A stretch of 64,000 nucleotides of DNA, taken from the IMG/VR virus record IMGVR_UViG_3300019360_000147, positions 1-64,000 of that record. One strand, 5' to 3'. How positions within the stretch are numbered: the first letter of the stretch is position 1; each line of letters starts with the position of its first letter. Made by a program: the position numbers and the translations under genes. Of the stretch, positions 1-7,869 are shown one piece after another. The notes below the pieces were generated by a model. That model saw only the letters and a program-made list of their open reading frames with translations. It ran no database searches and was not told the origin of the DNA. The stretch comes from a virus.

Positions 1-2
1 AG

Positions 3-671
3 GCCTACGTGAGGCCGGTCTTGGAGGATCTCGCCTCGGGCAAGGGGCGCCTGCTGAAGGTGTCCTTTCTCTTTGAGCGGCCTGGCCGCAAAGTCTTCGC
101 CTTGGTGTGCTACGAGCGAACGCTGATGATCCCGGTGCCAGGAGATCGGGAGGCGACCCTCGGTCCGCTGGAGGTGGATGGGTCGCTGTACCTCCGGGCC
201 ACGCTGGAGAATGGACGGCCCTTCGTGGAAAATTACGCGGAGCGCATCCTGCGCTGGCTCCAGATGAAGCAGCATTTTGCAGGGCTGCACAAGCGCCTGC
301 GACTGCAACGGCGCCAGAGCGGGTCCGGGTGGAGGCAGAGATATCGGCGGGATCTGCTGCGCGTGGGATCGTTCGAGGCCTGGGCGCATGGCAGACTCCA
401 GGAATTGTCGGCCGACGTAGTGGAGACATGCCGGCGCCTCGGGATCGGGAAGCTGGCGGTCGGGCCGATGGAATTCGGCGAGTTGCCCATGGCGAAGCTG
501 ATCGGGATGCTGACCTACAAATGCGAGGAGGCTGGAATCAGCCTGGTCCGGTTCGATCCGGTCCAGCCGACGACGGAGCGGGCTATCGAGGCGCCAATTC
601 GCAAGCGGGGCCGGAAACTCGCCAAGGCCCGGCAAGCCCTCTCGGATCTGCGGGATGTGATCCAGCCGTAA
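3..671 (+). CDS. TnpB/Cas12f-like RNA-guided effector, C-terminal part (5' truncated by window edge), RuvC apparently inactive
   Basis: Frame is open to the window start. LIGMLTYKCEEAGISLVRFDP resembles the TnpB/Cas12f 'LxYKaeeaGi.v..VdP' segment, preceded by an Arg-rich helix region. The expected RuvC-I (GxDlG) reads EATLGP and RuvC-II (vvEdL) reads LAVGPM; there is no Zn finger or RuvC-III. Lies directly upstream of a CRISPR leader and array. Confidence 0.7.
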   Translation, partial: AYVRPVLEDLASGKGRLLKVSFLFERPGRKVFALVCYERTLMIPVPGDREATLGPLEVDGSLYLRATLENGRPFVENYAERILRWLQMKQHFAGLHKRLRLQRRQSGSGWRQRYRRDLLRVGSFEAWAHGRLQELSADVVETCRRLGIGKLAVGPMEFGELPMAKLIGMLTYKCEEAGISLVRFDPVQPTTERAIEAPIRKRGRKLAKARQALSDLRDVIQP

Positions 672-853
672 ATGCCGCGAACCCCGAGAGGCCAGTTCAG
701 GCCCAGGAGATTCGCGGCAGGCGGAGAGGCCACGGAAACCACGAATTACAGAGAGGAGGCGATAGGCAGGCAGGTGGGAGATTGTGTCGGAACGTCCGGT
801 TCGCGGAAAGATGGGTGTGGGGCATCAGAATTCCAGCGATTGCGAGAGGGTGA
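672..853 (+). promoter_or_regulatory. CRISPR leader
   Basis: Non-coding gap between the effector gene and the first repeat. Inverted repeat TGCCGCGAA (673-681)/TTCGCGGCA (711-719) and a further TTCGCGG at 800-806. The repeat-variant polarity of the array fits growth from this end. Confidence 0.65.
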
Positions 854-1381
854 GGCACAATCGAATCCGACACTCAGAGGGGATTGCGAGAGGTGCGCGC
901 ATGACCGAGCGGATCCTCCCGCACGGCACAATCGAATCCGACACTCAGAGGGGATTGCGAGCATGATCCCTTGGCACGGATGTTCCCTCCCCCGCGGCAC
1001 AATCGAATCCGACACTCAGAGGGGATTGCGAGCATGACAAGGATGGAAACAAGCTGTACGCGTTCCAGGCACAATCGAATCCGACACTCAGAGGGGATTG
1101 CGAGCGCACCCCCCTCATCAGGAATCACCTCCCTTCCCGGCACAATCGAATCCGAAACTCAGAGGGGATTGCGAGCGCTACGCGTGGGCATATGGCAATC
1201 GCGTTTCAGGCACAATCGAATCCGAAACTCAGAGGGGATTGCGAGTTGTCGTGGTACAGCGTGTAGCTGGCGATGTTCCCGGCACAATCGAATCCGAAAC
1301 TCAGAGGGGATTGCGAGAGAGCAGGCTGTGAACTAGCCGCTCGGCTTTCGGCACAAGCGAATCCGAAACTCAGAGGGGATT
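854..1381 (+). CRISPR. CRISPR array 1: 8 repeats, 7 spacers (32-35 bp)
   Basis: Repeat GGCACAATCGAATCCGA(C/A)ACTCAGAGGGGATTGCGAG (37 bp) starts at 854, 925, 996, 1068, 1139, 1209 and 1281. A truncated terminal repeat occupies 1350-1381. Confidence 0.98.
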
Positions 1382-1404
1382 TCTGATCAGAAAGGAGAGA
1401 TGAC

Positions 1405-1758
1405 ATGACTGCCCACACATTCGATAGCCGGCTGAAGGAACAGGCGCTGTTGGGGCTGGAGGTGACTGACCGCATCTTGCGCGGCGAGGACGTCTCCAAC
1501 CTCCAGGGCCGGACGGCGATTTCGATCGTCGGCGCGGAGTTGAAGAATCAGAGCAACGAGAATGGCCGGGTGTCCCGAATCATCAGCCTGGCCAAGCTCG
1601 GCGTGACCGATGCTGCCGTGCGGCAAACCATTGCGGAGGCGGCACTGAAGGTATTGCTGCCCAATGTCCAACTGTCTCGGCTTGCCGGGGGCCCGCCCCC
1701 GCCCAAGGCCCTGAAGGGCAAGGCGAAGGGGAAAGTAGCCGAAGCAGGCGCGTCATGA
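1405..1758 (+). CDS. hypothetical protein
   Basis: ORF with an AGGAG SD supplied by the array tail; its stop overlaps the next start. Confidence 0.7.
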   Translation: MTAHTFDSRLKEQALLGLEVTDRILRGEDVSNLQGRTAISIVGAELKNQSNENGRVSRIISLAKLGVTDAAVRQTIAEAALKVLLPNVQLSRLAGGPPPPKALKGKAKGKVAEAGAS

Positions 1759-2168
1759 AACGCATTGGTGGGGGTGTCCTGCTCGTCATGCTCTTGGCGG
1801 GCTGTGCCGCGAATGCCAGTCGGCATGTGATGGCCTACCCAGCACGGGGGCAGAGCCTTGAGCAGCTCGCTCAGGACAAGTACCAGTGCGAGGGATGGGC
1901 GAATCAGGAGGCGGCGGCCGATCCACTGGCGGGGGCTGCAACTGGAGCCATCGGCGGGGGGGTACTCGGAGCCGGAGCCGGGGCAGTCTTAGGAGCGATC
2001 GCTGGAGCGTTTCTCGGGCAAGCCGGAGAGGGCGCAGCCATCGGGGCCGCCCTCGGCGGGGCGACGGGCGGAATGTCCGGGGCGGCGGGAGGAGCCACGT
2101 CGGAACGACAACGCTACCTGAACGCTTACAGCGTCTGCATGGCGGGTCGGGGGTATTCGGTGCGGTAA
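1755..2168 (+). CDS. glycine-zipper lipoprotein
   Basis: Signal peptide with LAGC lipobox, GxxxG glycine-zipper run, and QDKYQC...CMAGRGY cysteine pair. Confidence 0.85.
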   Translation: MKRIGGGVLLVMLLAGCAANASRHVMAYPARGQSLEQLAQDKYQCEGWANQEAAADPLAGAATGAIGGGVLGAGAGAVLGAIAGAFLGQAGEGAAIGAALGGATGGMSGAAGGATSERQRYLNAYSVCMAGRGYSVR

Positions 2169-2189
2169 GGCTAAGGAGGGAGGGGGAAG

Positions 2190-2417
2190 ATGCCGAAGAT
2201 TGAATCTCTTGAGCCCGCGTGGAAGCCAAGGCGGTACTGGATGGTGCATTGCCCGGAGGGACTTCCACCGAAGAAGATGCACGAGACGGGTACGGATGCC
2301 CACGAGGAAGCGATCCGACTGGCTGAGAAAGAACCCGGCAAGGTCTTTAGCGTGCTGGAAGTCATTGAAAGTTACTGGCAACGGCCACAAGTGCAATCCG
2401 TGAACTGGCGGGAATGA
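2190..2417 (+). CDS. small hypothetical phage protein
   Basis: Strong SD (AAGGAGG region) upstream; 75 aa. Confidence 0.6.
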   Translation: MPKIESLEPAWKPRRYWMVHCPEGLPPKKMHETGTDAHEEAIRLAEKEPGKVFSVLEVIESYWQRPQVQSVNWRE

Positions 2418-2489
2418 AGCGCGAAGAGGCGATTGCGATATTCCGCAAACTGTATCTCCAGAGATTGGAGGAGGCCGGTTCGGCTTGGA

Positions 2490-3602
2490 ATGGCGAGACC
2501 TAAGGTTCTGCTGATCTCTCCTCTGAGAGGAGCGGTCTCAGGGATCGAATCGGCGACGAGGATGATCCTCGACAGCCCGTTGGTGATCCACTGGGAGATC
2601 AGCCATCTCGATGCCTGGACCTCGCGGGCGAACCGTGAACGGGGCTGGCTGAGCTGGGGGAGCCTGCGGCGGTTCACGAAACTACTGTGGGTCGTGCGAC
2701 AGGCCGTGCGGGAAGTCAAGCCGCAGGTGGCGTGGATTCCGATGGCGAGCAATCGCCTGGGCTTCCTCAAGTTCGCGATGCTGGCAACGGTGGTCGGTGT
2801 CCCCGTGATCGGGAAGTATGGGGGGGACGCCTTCGCCACTTTCTACGCAACGCAGGCTGGTCCGGTGCGGGATCTGATCCGCACCGTCCTTCGCCGCTGC
2901 GCTGCGGTTCTCGTCGAAGCCGAATGTCTGATGCCCCAGTTCTACAGCCTCGTCCCCAGTTACAATGTTCGCTGGGCCCACCTCGGCCTCGACCCCGGCG
3001 CGTCTCCGCTCCAGCACCGGTCTCGACCCGCCAGGAATGTCCTCTTCATCGGCCACATCTCCCGGGCCAAGGGGGCCGTTGATTTGCTCGCCGCCATGCC
3101 TGCCGTCAGCAAAGCCATCCCCGGAGCCCGGCTTGTTCTCCTGGGGGAACACCTGCGGCGGGAGCGGAGCCTCGTGCATCTCCACGACCGGGACGCCGGC
3201 TGGCAGGCGGTCAAAGCGAGACCCGCGAACGTGGAAGCCCCTGGGATCCTGACCGGTCCGGCGAAGCGGCATGCGCTGGCGGAGGCGGATGTGTTCTGTC
3301 TGCCGTCGGCGTCGGAGGGGTTCCCTGTGGCGGTGTTGGAAGCGATGGCGGCGGGACTTCCGCTCGTGACCACGACTGCGGGAGCCATGGGCGAGGTCCT
3401 GAAGGACGGGGTGAATGTTCGCTTCGTGCCGTATGGAAACCCTGGGCGACTCGCCGAGGTGCTGAGCGACCTGCTGTCGCACGCGGGACGGTATGCCCGA
3501 CAGCGAATGGCAGCAGAGAATCGGCGGGCGGTGGAGGAAAGGTTCACGCTGGAATGCTTTGCGGAGGGAGTCCGGAAGGCCCTCGCGGATGTCGTGCGAT
3601 GA
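2490..3602 (+). CDS. GT4 family glycosyltransferase
   Basis: ADVFCLPSASEGFPVAVLEAMAAGLP (ExFxxxxxE motif) and FIGHISRAKG. Confidence 0.92.
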   Translation: MARPKVLLISPLRGAVSGIESATRMILDSPLVIHWEISHLDAWTSRANRERGWLSWGSLRRFTKLLWVVRQAVREVKPQVAWIPMASNRLGFLKFAMLATVVGVPVIGKYGGDAFATFYATQAGPVRDLIRTVLRRCAAVLVEAECLMPQFYSLVPSYNVRWAHLGLDPGASPLQHRSRPARNVLFIGHISRAKGAVDLLAAMPAVSKAIPGARLVLLGEHLRRERSLVHLHDRDAGWQAVKARPANVEAPGILTGPAKRHALAEADVFCLPSASEGFPVAVLEAMAAGLPLVTTTAGAMGEVLKDGVNVRFVPYGNPGRLAEVLSDLLSHAGRYARQRMAAENRRAVEERFTLECFAEGVRKALADVVR

Positions 3603-4297
3603 TTGCCTGGGTGCTTGGCGTCCCGATCTCGCGGCTCTCTGTGGATTCGACGCTCGGGTGTCTGACTGGATGGGTACGGGAGATGACGAGTCCCTGCGTC
3701 GTGAATCTCGTGAACGCCCACTCGGTCGTCGAGGCGCACAGGAACTCGGAACACATGCGGGCACTTCGCTGGTCACACATCAACCTCGCCGACGGCTGGC
3801 CGGTTGCTCGCATGGCCCGGGCGCCACGGATCGCAGGGGCTGATCTGATGCTCGCGGTCGCCCGGCATCCGGACCTGGGAAAGATGCGGCATGTGTTGCT
3901 GGGGGGATTCGGGGTGGCGTACACGGCGGCGATGCGGCAGTGCGTAGACGCGGCAGGGCACAGTCCGCTGAATCTGCGGTCGCCGGCTATTCCAGCCGCG
4001 GCTCCCGAGAGCAGCCTCCTCGAAATGGCGAACGGCCAACAGTGCGACATCCTCTGGGTCTCCCTCGGGTGCCCCAAGCAGGAAATCTGGATGCACGAGA
4101 ACCGGGACAAGCTGAAGGCCAAGGTCGTCATCGGCGTGGGGGCGGCATTCGATTTCCTCGCGGGGCGGGTTCGACGAGCTCCGGTCTGGGTGCAGCGGAT
4201 CGGACTGGAGTGGGCGTGGAGGATCTGGGCAGACCCGCAGCGGTGGCGTCGGCAGATCAGTGCCGTGATTGGGTTCGCCCGGTTGCTGCTTCGGTAG
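3599..4297 (+). CDS. WecB/TagA/CpsF family glycosyltransferase
   Basis: LVNAH, ADGWPV, RIAGADL, LGCPKQE, GVGAAFDFLAGRVRRAP, GLEW motifs. Confidence 0.95.
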   Translation: MIAWVLGVPISRLSVDSTLGCLTGWVREMTSPCVVNLVNAHSVVEAHRNSEHMRALRWSHINLADGWPVARMARAPRIAGADLMLAVARHPDLGKMRHVLLGGFGVAYTAAMRQCVDAAGHSPLNLRSPAIPAAAPESSLLEMANGQQCDILWVSLGCPKQEIWMHENRDKLKAKVVIGVGAAFDFLAGRVRRAPVWVQRIGLEWAWRIWADPQRWRRQISAVIGFARLLLR

Positions 4298-4903
4298 ATG
4301 GGCTGGCGCGTGTTCGACATCGTCGCCGGTCTGGTCGGCCTGATCATCTTCGCCCCGATCATCGCCCTGTGCGCGATCGCGACCGTGCTGGATTCCGGAC
4401 TGCCGCCGTTCAACGGGTCATGGAGGCTGGGGAAACATGGCACGCCCTTTCGGTGTTGGAAAATCCGGACGCTGAGGAATGACCACGAAGCCGTTCTTGC
4501 CAGACATCTTGCGACGTGCCCAGAAGCGCAGAAAGAGTGGGAGAGGTACGCGAAACTCAGTCACGATCCCCGTGTCACGCGAATCGGCGGATTCTTCCGC
4601 ACAACATCTCTCGACGAGATGCCGCAACTGTGGAATATCCTCCAAGGGAAGATGGCCGTCTTCGGCCCGCGGCCTTTCCTCTGTCGAGAGAGGACCCTGC
4701 TTGGAGTGTGGGCAGATGATTTGGCTGCGGTGCTCCCCGGCGTCATCTCCTACTACACCGCCCACGGCCGGAGCCGATTGCCCGTGGAACGGCGAATCAG
4801 GCTCGATGCGAAATTCGCGAGGCGGATGGCAAAGCCGGGCGTGAAGTGGCACGCACTGGTGCGGACGGTGAGGCGGTTGATCGACCGAAAGGGAGCCGTG
4901 TAA
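4298..4903 (+). CDS. initiating polyprenyl-phosphate sugar transferase (Bac_transf, WcaJ/PglC-like)
   Basis: R.FDI plus a hydrophobic helix; [37 protein letters not shown]. Confidence 0.93.
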   Translation: MGWRVFDIVAGLVGLIIFAPIIALCAIATVLDSGLPPFNGSWRLGKHGTPFRCWKIRTLRNDHEAVLARHLATCPEAQKEWERYAKLSHDPRVTRIGGFFRTTSLDEMPQLWNILQGKMAVFGPRPFLCRERTLLGVWADDLAAVLPGVISYYTAHGRSRLPVERRIRLDAKFARRMAKPGVKWHALVRTVRRLIDRKGAV

Positions 4904-5202
4904 TGGAGACCCCGCTCGATTTCTATGCCGACGGGTTCCAAGTGATCACGACGGCGTACGGGTGCAGCCTGAGCTTGGTGCGATCGTTGCCCGGGCCGCC
5001 CCGAATGGGCAAGACGCAAGAGGGCGAGGTGCTGGCCATCGCCCGCATGAGCCTGGAGCACCTGAAGTTGCTGATCTTTACCCTGCATCGGCAGCTCAGT
5101 CAGCACGAGCGGGAGCACGGGGTCGCGGTGGATGTGCCGCAGACCGCGCTGAACGGGATGCAGATCGGGCGGGAGGATTGGGAGAAGTTCTGGAGGGGAT
5201 GA
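4903..5202 (+). CDS. hypothetical protein (DUF3467-like)
   Basis: FYADGFQV...RMSLEHLKLL pattern; translationally coupled. Confidence 0.55.
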   Translation: METPLDFYADGFQVITTAYGCSLSLVRSLPGPPRMGKTQEGEVLAIARMSLEHLKLLIFTLHRQLSQHEREHGVAVDVPQTALNGMQIGREDWEKFWRG

Positions 5203-6134
5203 TGCGCGTGTTGTTGCTCATTGACAAGGCCGACTGGTCCTACCAGCAAATTGCCGAGGCTCTCGTTAAGCAGAATACGGATCGGAGTCTGGAATTGGAA
5301 ATCCTTGCCCTGAAAGGCCACACCAGATTGTTCCGATCAAAATATCTGGAGTATGATCGGACGCTTATATTCGGGCATCAGTTGCTGTCTATGATTCCCC
5401 CCCTTACCCGGTTCGTTATGAACGACGGGGATTGCCTCATTGGAATCCATAGTCATCATTCGTGGGATCCAGATCTCCGCACTACACCGGATGAAGATAT
5501 CGAGCCCCCAAGTCAACTCATCAGCACATTGAGAGGCTTTCGTGCCGTCAACTGCGTCTCGCAGCGGCTGTTCAATTTGTTCGCCGGTAGGGGACTCAAT
5601 CTATATCTCACCCCAAACGGCGTTGACTGCGACCGCTTCAAGCCGACGCAGCCGCTTTCGACCGAGGGACCACTGCGAGTTGGTGTGGCCTATACGCCGA
5701 AGCATGACAAACGCAAGGGGGTGGAGGAGTTCATTCGGCCCGCCTGTGAGAAGGTCGGGGCAATCCTCGTCGAGGCGAAGGCCCGGAGCGAGCAGCATGT
5801 GCGGCCGGAGGATATGCCCGCGTGGCACAATTCCTACGACGTGTATGTATGTGCATCCAGCTCGGAGGGATTTTCACTCGCGGTCCTCGAGGCCGCAGCC
5901 TGCGGGCGCCCGGTGATCTCGACGCGGGTGGGAGGGAGTACCGAGTTGATGAGACGCGTACATGATGGGTGTCTCGTAGACAGAACGTCCGATGCGATCG
6001 CAGAAGCACTCGTCCTATACCGAGATGATCGAATTCGGCTCGCCATGGATGGACTGAGCATACGAAGGCTTGTAGAGGAAGATTGGTCCTGGAAGCGGCG
6101 AGCAGTGGCATGGTTGGACTTCATGAGGAGCTAG
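5199..6134 (+). CDS. GT4 family glycosyltransferase
   Basis: TPNGVD; DVYVCASSSEGFSLAVLEAAACGRPVISTRVGG. Confidence 0.9.
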   Translation: MMRVLLLIDKADWSYQQIAEALVKQNTDRSLELEILALKGHTRLFRSKYLEYDRTLIFGHQLLSMIPPLTRFVMNDGDCLIGIHSHHSWDPDLRTTPDEDIEPPSQLISTLRGFRAVNCVSQRLFNLFAGRGLNLYLTPNGVDCDRFKPTQPLSTEGPLRVGVAYTPKHDKRKGVEEFIRPACEKVGAILVEAKARSEQHVRPEDMPAWHNSYDVYVCASSSEGFSLAVLEAAACGRPVISTRVGGSTELMRRVHDGCLVDRTSDAIAEALVLYRDDRIRLAMDGLSIRRLVEEDWSWKRRAVAWLDFMRS

Positions 6135-6138
6135 GATT

Positions 6139-6327
6139 ATGGAGGCCTGCAAGATTTGCGTGGAGCCGTGTACGGCCTGCGGGATGGATCCGCATGATCC
6201 CCGGTGTGGGATCTGCGGGATGCTGCACCAAGAGCCTGTGAGCCACGCCGGGGTGGCGTATTCGACCTGTGTGCGGTGTGGGAGGAGAGTATCGTCGCAG
6301 CGGCTGTTGACGTCCTCCCCGGACTGA
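6139..6327 (+). CDS. small Cys-rich protein, possibly truncated
   Basis: Four CxxC pairs; terminates inside the IS-end-like flank of array 2. Confidence 0.45.
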   Translation: MEACKICVEPCTACGMDPHDPRCGICGMLHQEPVSHAGVAYSTCVRCGRRVSSQRLLTSSPD

Positions 6328-6341
6328 AGTCCGGGGCGTCC
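6307..6341 (-). mobile_element. IS200/IS605 right-end-like hairpin (copy 1)
   Basis: Minus strand GGACGCCCCGGACTTCAGTCCGGGGAGGACGTCAA: a subterminal hairpin ending in TCAA. Identical to 10489-10523. Confidence 0.7.
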
Positions 6342-6362
6342 GCGCCCATGGAGAATCTGTGC

Positions 6363-6464
6363 GGCACAAGCGAATCCGAAACTCAGAGGGGATTGCGAGG
6401 CGCACGACCTCCGACTACATCCGCAAGCTCGCGGCACAATCGAACCCGAAGCTCAGAGGGGATT
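6363..6464 (+). CRISPR. satellite mini-array 2: 2 repeats, 1 spacer
   Basis: Repeats at 6363-6399 and 6433-6464 (truncated). Spacer GCGCACGACCTCCGACTACATCCGCAAGCTCGC. Confidence 0.93.
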
Positions 6465-6482
6465 TCTGATCAGAAAGGAGAG

Positions 6483-6514
6483 GTCAACTACCCCGCGCTA
6501 AAGTGCGGGGTCTC
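6483..6514. mobile_element. second IS200/IS605-type end remnant
   Basis: GTCAACTACCCCGCGCTAAAGTGCGGGGTCTC: a GTCAACTACCCC hairpin typical of IscB/TnpB-associated element ends. Confidence 0.6.
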
Positions 6515-6535
6515 TTGGCCGACTTTTTAGGAACT

Positions 6536-7180
6536 ATGAATCGACTCTGGTTTGACCTCGCCTTTCGCCGACGCGTGCGGGGGGAGATTCGGCGCTTGGG
6601 CCCGTGGTACCAACAGATTCAACTGCTGCCTGGCCTCTTTACCCGCCCGTGGAATCAGGCGACGATTGGGGAGTTGATTCACGCGGAACGGGGCGGACCG
6701 AAATTCCGAAGATTCCTGCTCCCAATGATCAAGCCGTATCTGCACGGGGGGACGGTTTTTGAGCTCGGCTGCAATGGCGCACAAATGCTCGTCTGCTGCC
6801 TGCGGCACGGAGCGGCCGAGGCATGGGGCGTCGAACCGGATGAGCGGTATCGCAAACAGGCCTGCCTAGTTCGGCAGTGCTTGGGCCTGCAACGACAATT
6901 GACGATCAGCAACCGGCCTCCGCTTGGTAAGAGTGTCGACATCGGTCTCATGTGTGCTGTTCTCCGGCATGTCGATCCCCTGGAGAGGGTGGGCGTGCTG
7001 CAGTCGATGGGTGAGTTCTGCAAGCGAGTGCTCATCAACGGCAATGGCTTATCGGACGCACCAGACGGGGATAGCATTGACTCGATTCTGCGGGATGTGC
7101 ACCGAACGAATCTGGTCGTTGAGGAGTTGCGATCCGAGCCGCATGTCCGCGGGCTGCGGATTCTGCTGAAGTCCCGATGA
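6536..7180 (+). CDS. class I SAM-dependent methyltransferase (CmoB/DUF1698-like)
   Basis: PWYQQIQL; VFELGCNGA...GVEPD SAM-binding motifs. Confidence 0.8.
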   Translation: MNRLWFDLAFRRRVRGEIRRLGPWYQQIQLLPGLFTRPWNQATIGELIHAERGGPKFRRFLLPMIKPYLHGGTVFELGCNGAQMLVCCLRHGAAEAWGVEPDERYRKQACLVRQCLGLQRQLTISNRPPLGKSVDIGLMCAVLRHVDPLERVGVLQSMGEFCKRVLINGNGLSDAPDGDSIDSILRDVHRTNLVVEELRSEPHVRGLRILLKSR

Positions 7181-7869
7181 TTCGTGAGATGCCCCTGGAG
7201 CGGCTGCTCAGCAAGGCGTTTCTGCGGCCGTGGCAGTTGAGTGAGTGTCACGCGGCACAATTGATCCTCGCTGGCCACACCGGCCTCGGCGGGACCCGGT
7301 TCGCCCACTTGCGGCTCGGTCTCCTGACGTGGGAGTCGCCTCACTGTGGGGAACTGCCGAAGGGCCTCGATGCCCCACTGCAGTACTGGGTGACTCCATG
7401 GCAGAGCAAGTTCCGTCGGCCGCTCAGCGTGGTGCAACGCGTCGAGCGGCGCCTGCGGTTCCGTCGGACGGTCTCCGACTTCCGCAAGTTGGTCCGCGTC
7501 ATGGACTGGAAGGGGTGGGTGGGGCCAGCGGTGCCGGGGATACTGCTGGTCGGCGGGGGATGGAAGGAAGTGGCAGGACCGAGGCAGGGCGATCCTGATC
7601 TTGTGCCGGAGTCGGCTGGCCGAGAGATTCCATTCAATCGGGATTCCTCCAGCGAATTATTTCTCCATACGGATGGCAACCGGAGAATTGGCATCGCAGC
7701 CGCAGTCGGAATTTTGAGAGTGCCGGTCAAGATCACCCCCCTGCTTACATTCGACTGGCAGGGGACGAGGGCGGCAGGGACGGGGCGATTCAGTGAGGGG
7801 GATACGCGGCGGATCTGGGAGCATGTGTGGGAACGCGTACTCCCCGACTATCGCAGGTCGGCACCATGA
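7177..7869 (+). CDS. ParB/Srx-fold-like protein
   Basis: HTDGNRRIGIAAAVGILRVPV resembles the DGxHR...GxxxVPV motif. Confidence 0.55.
   Translation: MIREMPLERLLSKAFLRPWQLSECHAAQLILAGHTGLGGTRFAHLRLGLLTWESPHCGELPKGLDAPLQYWVTPWQSKFRRPLSVVQRVERRLRFRRTVSDFRKLVRVMDWKGWVGPAVPGILLVGGGWKEVAGPRQGDPDLVPESAGREIPFNRDSSSELFLHTDGNRRIGIAAAVGILRVPVKITPLLTFDWQGTRAAGTGRFSEGDTRRIWEHVWERVLPDYRRSAP

Noticed and set aside
775-850. Possible tracrRNA anti-repeat (GATTGTGTC at about 780; GATTGCGAG at 838-846)
   Set aside because: Matches are only 8-9 nt and the second is in the same sense as the repeat. A tracrRNA cannot be supported.
672-1499. ORFs spanning the CRISPR arrays
   Set aside because: They are translations of repeats (RHNRIR, GTIES) and not real genes.
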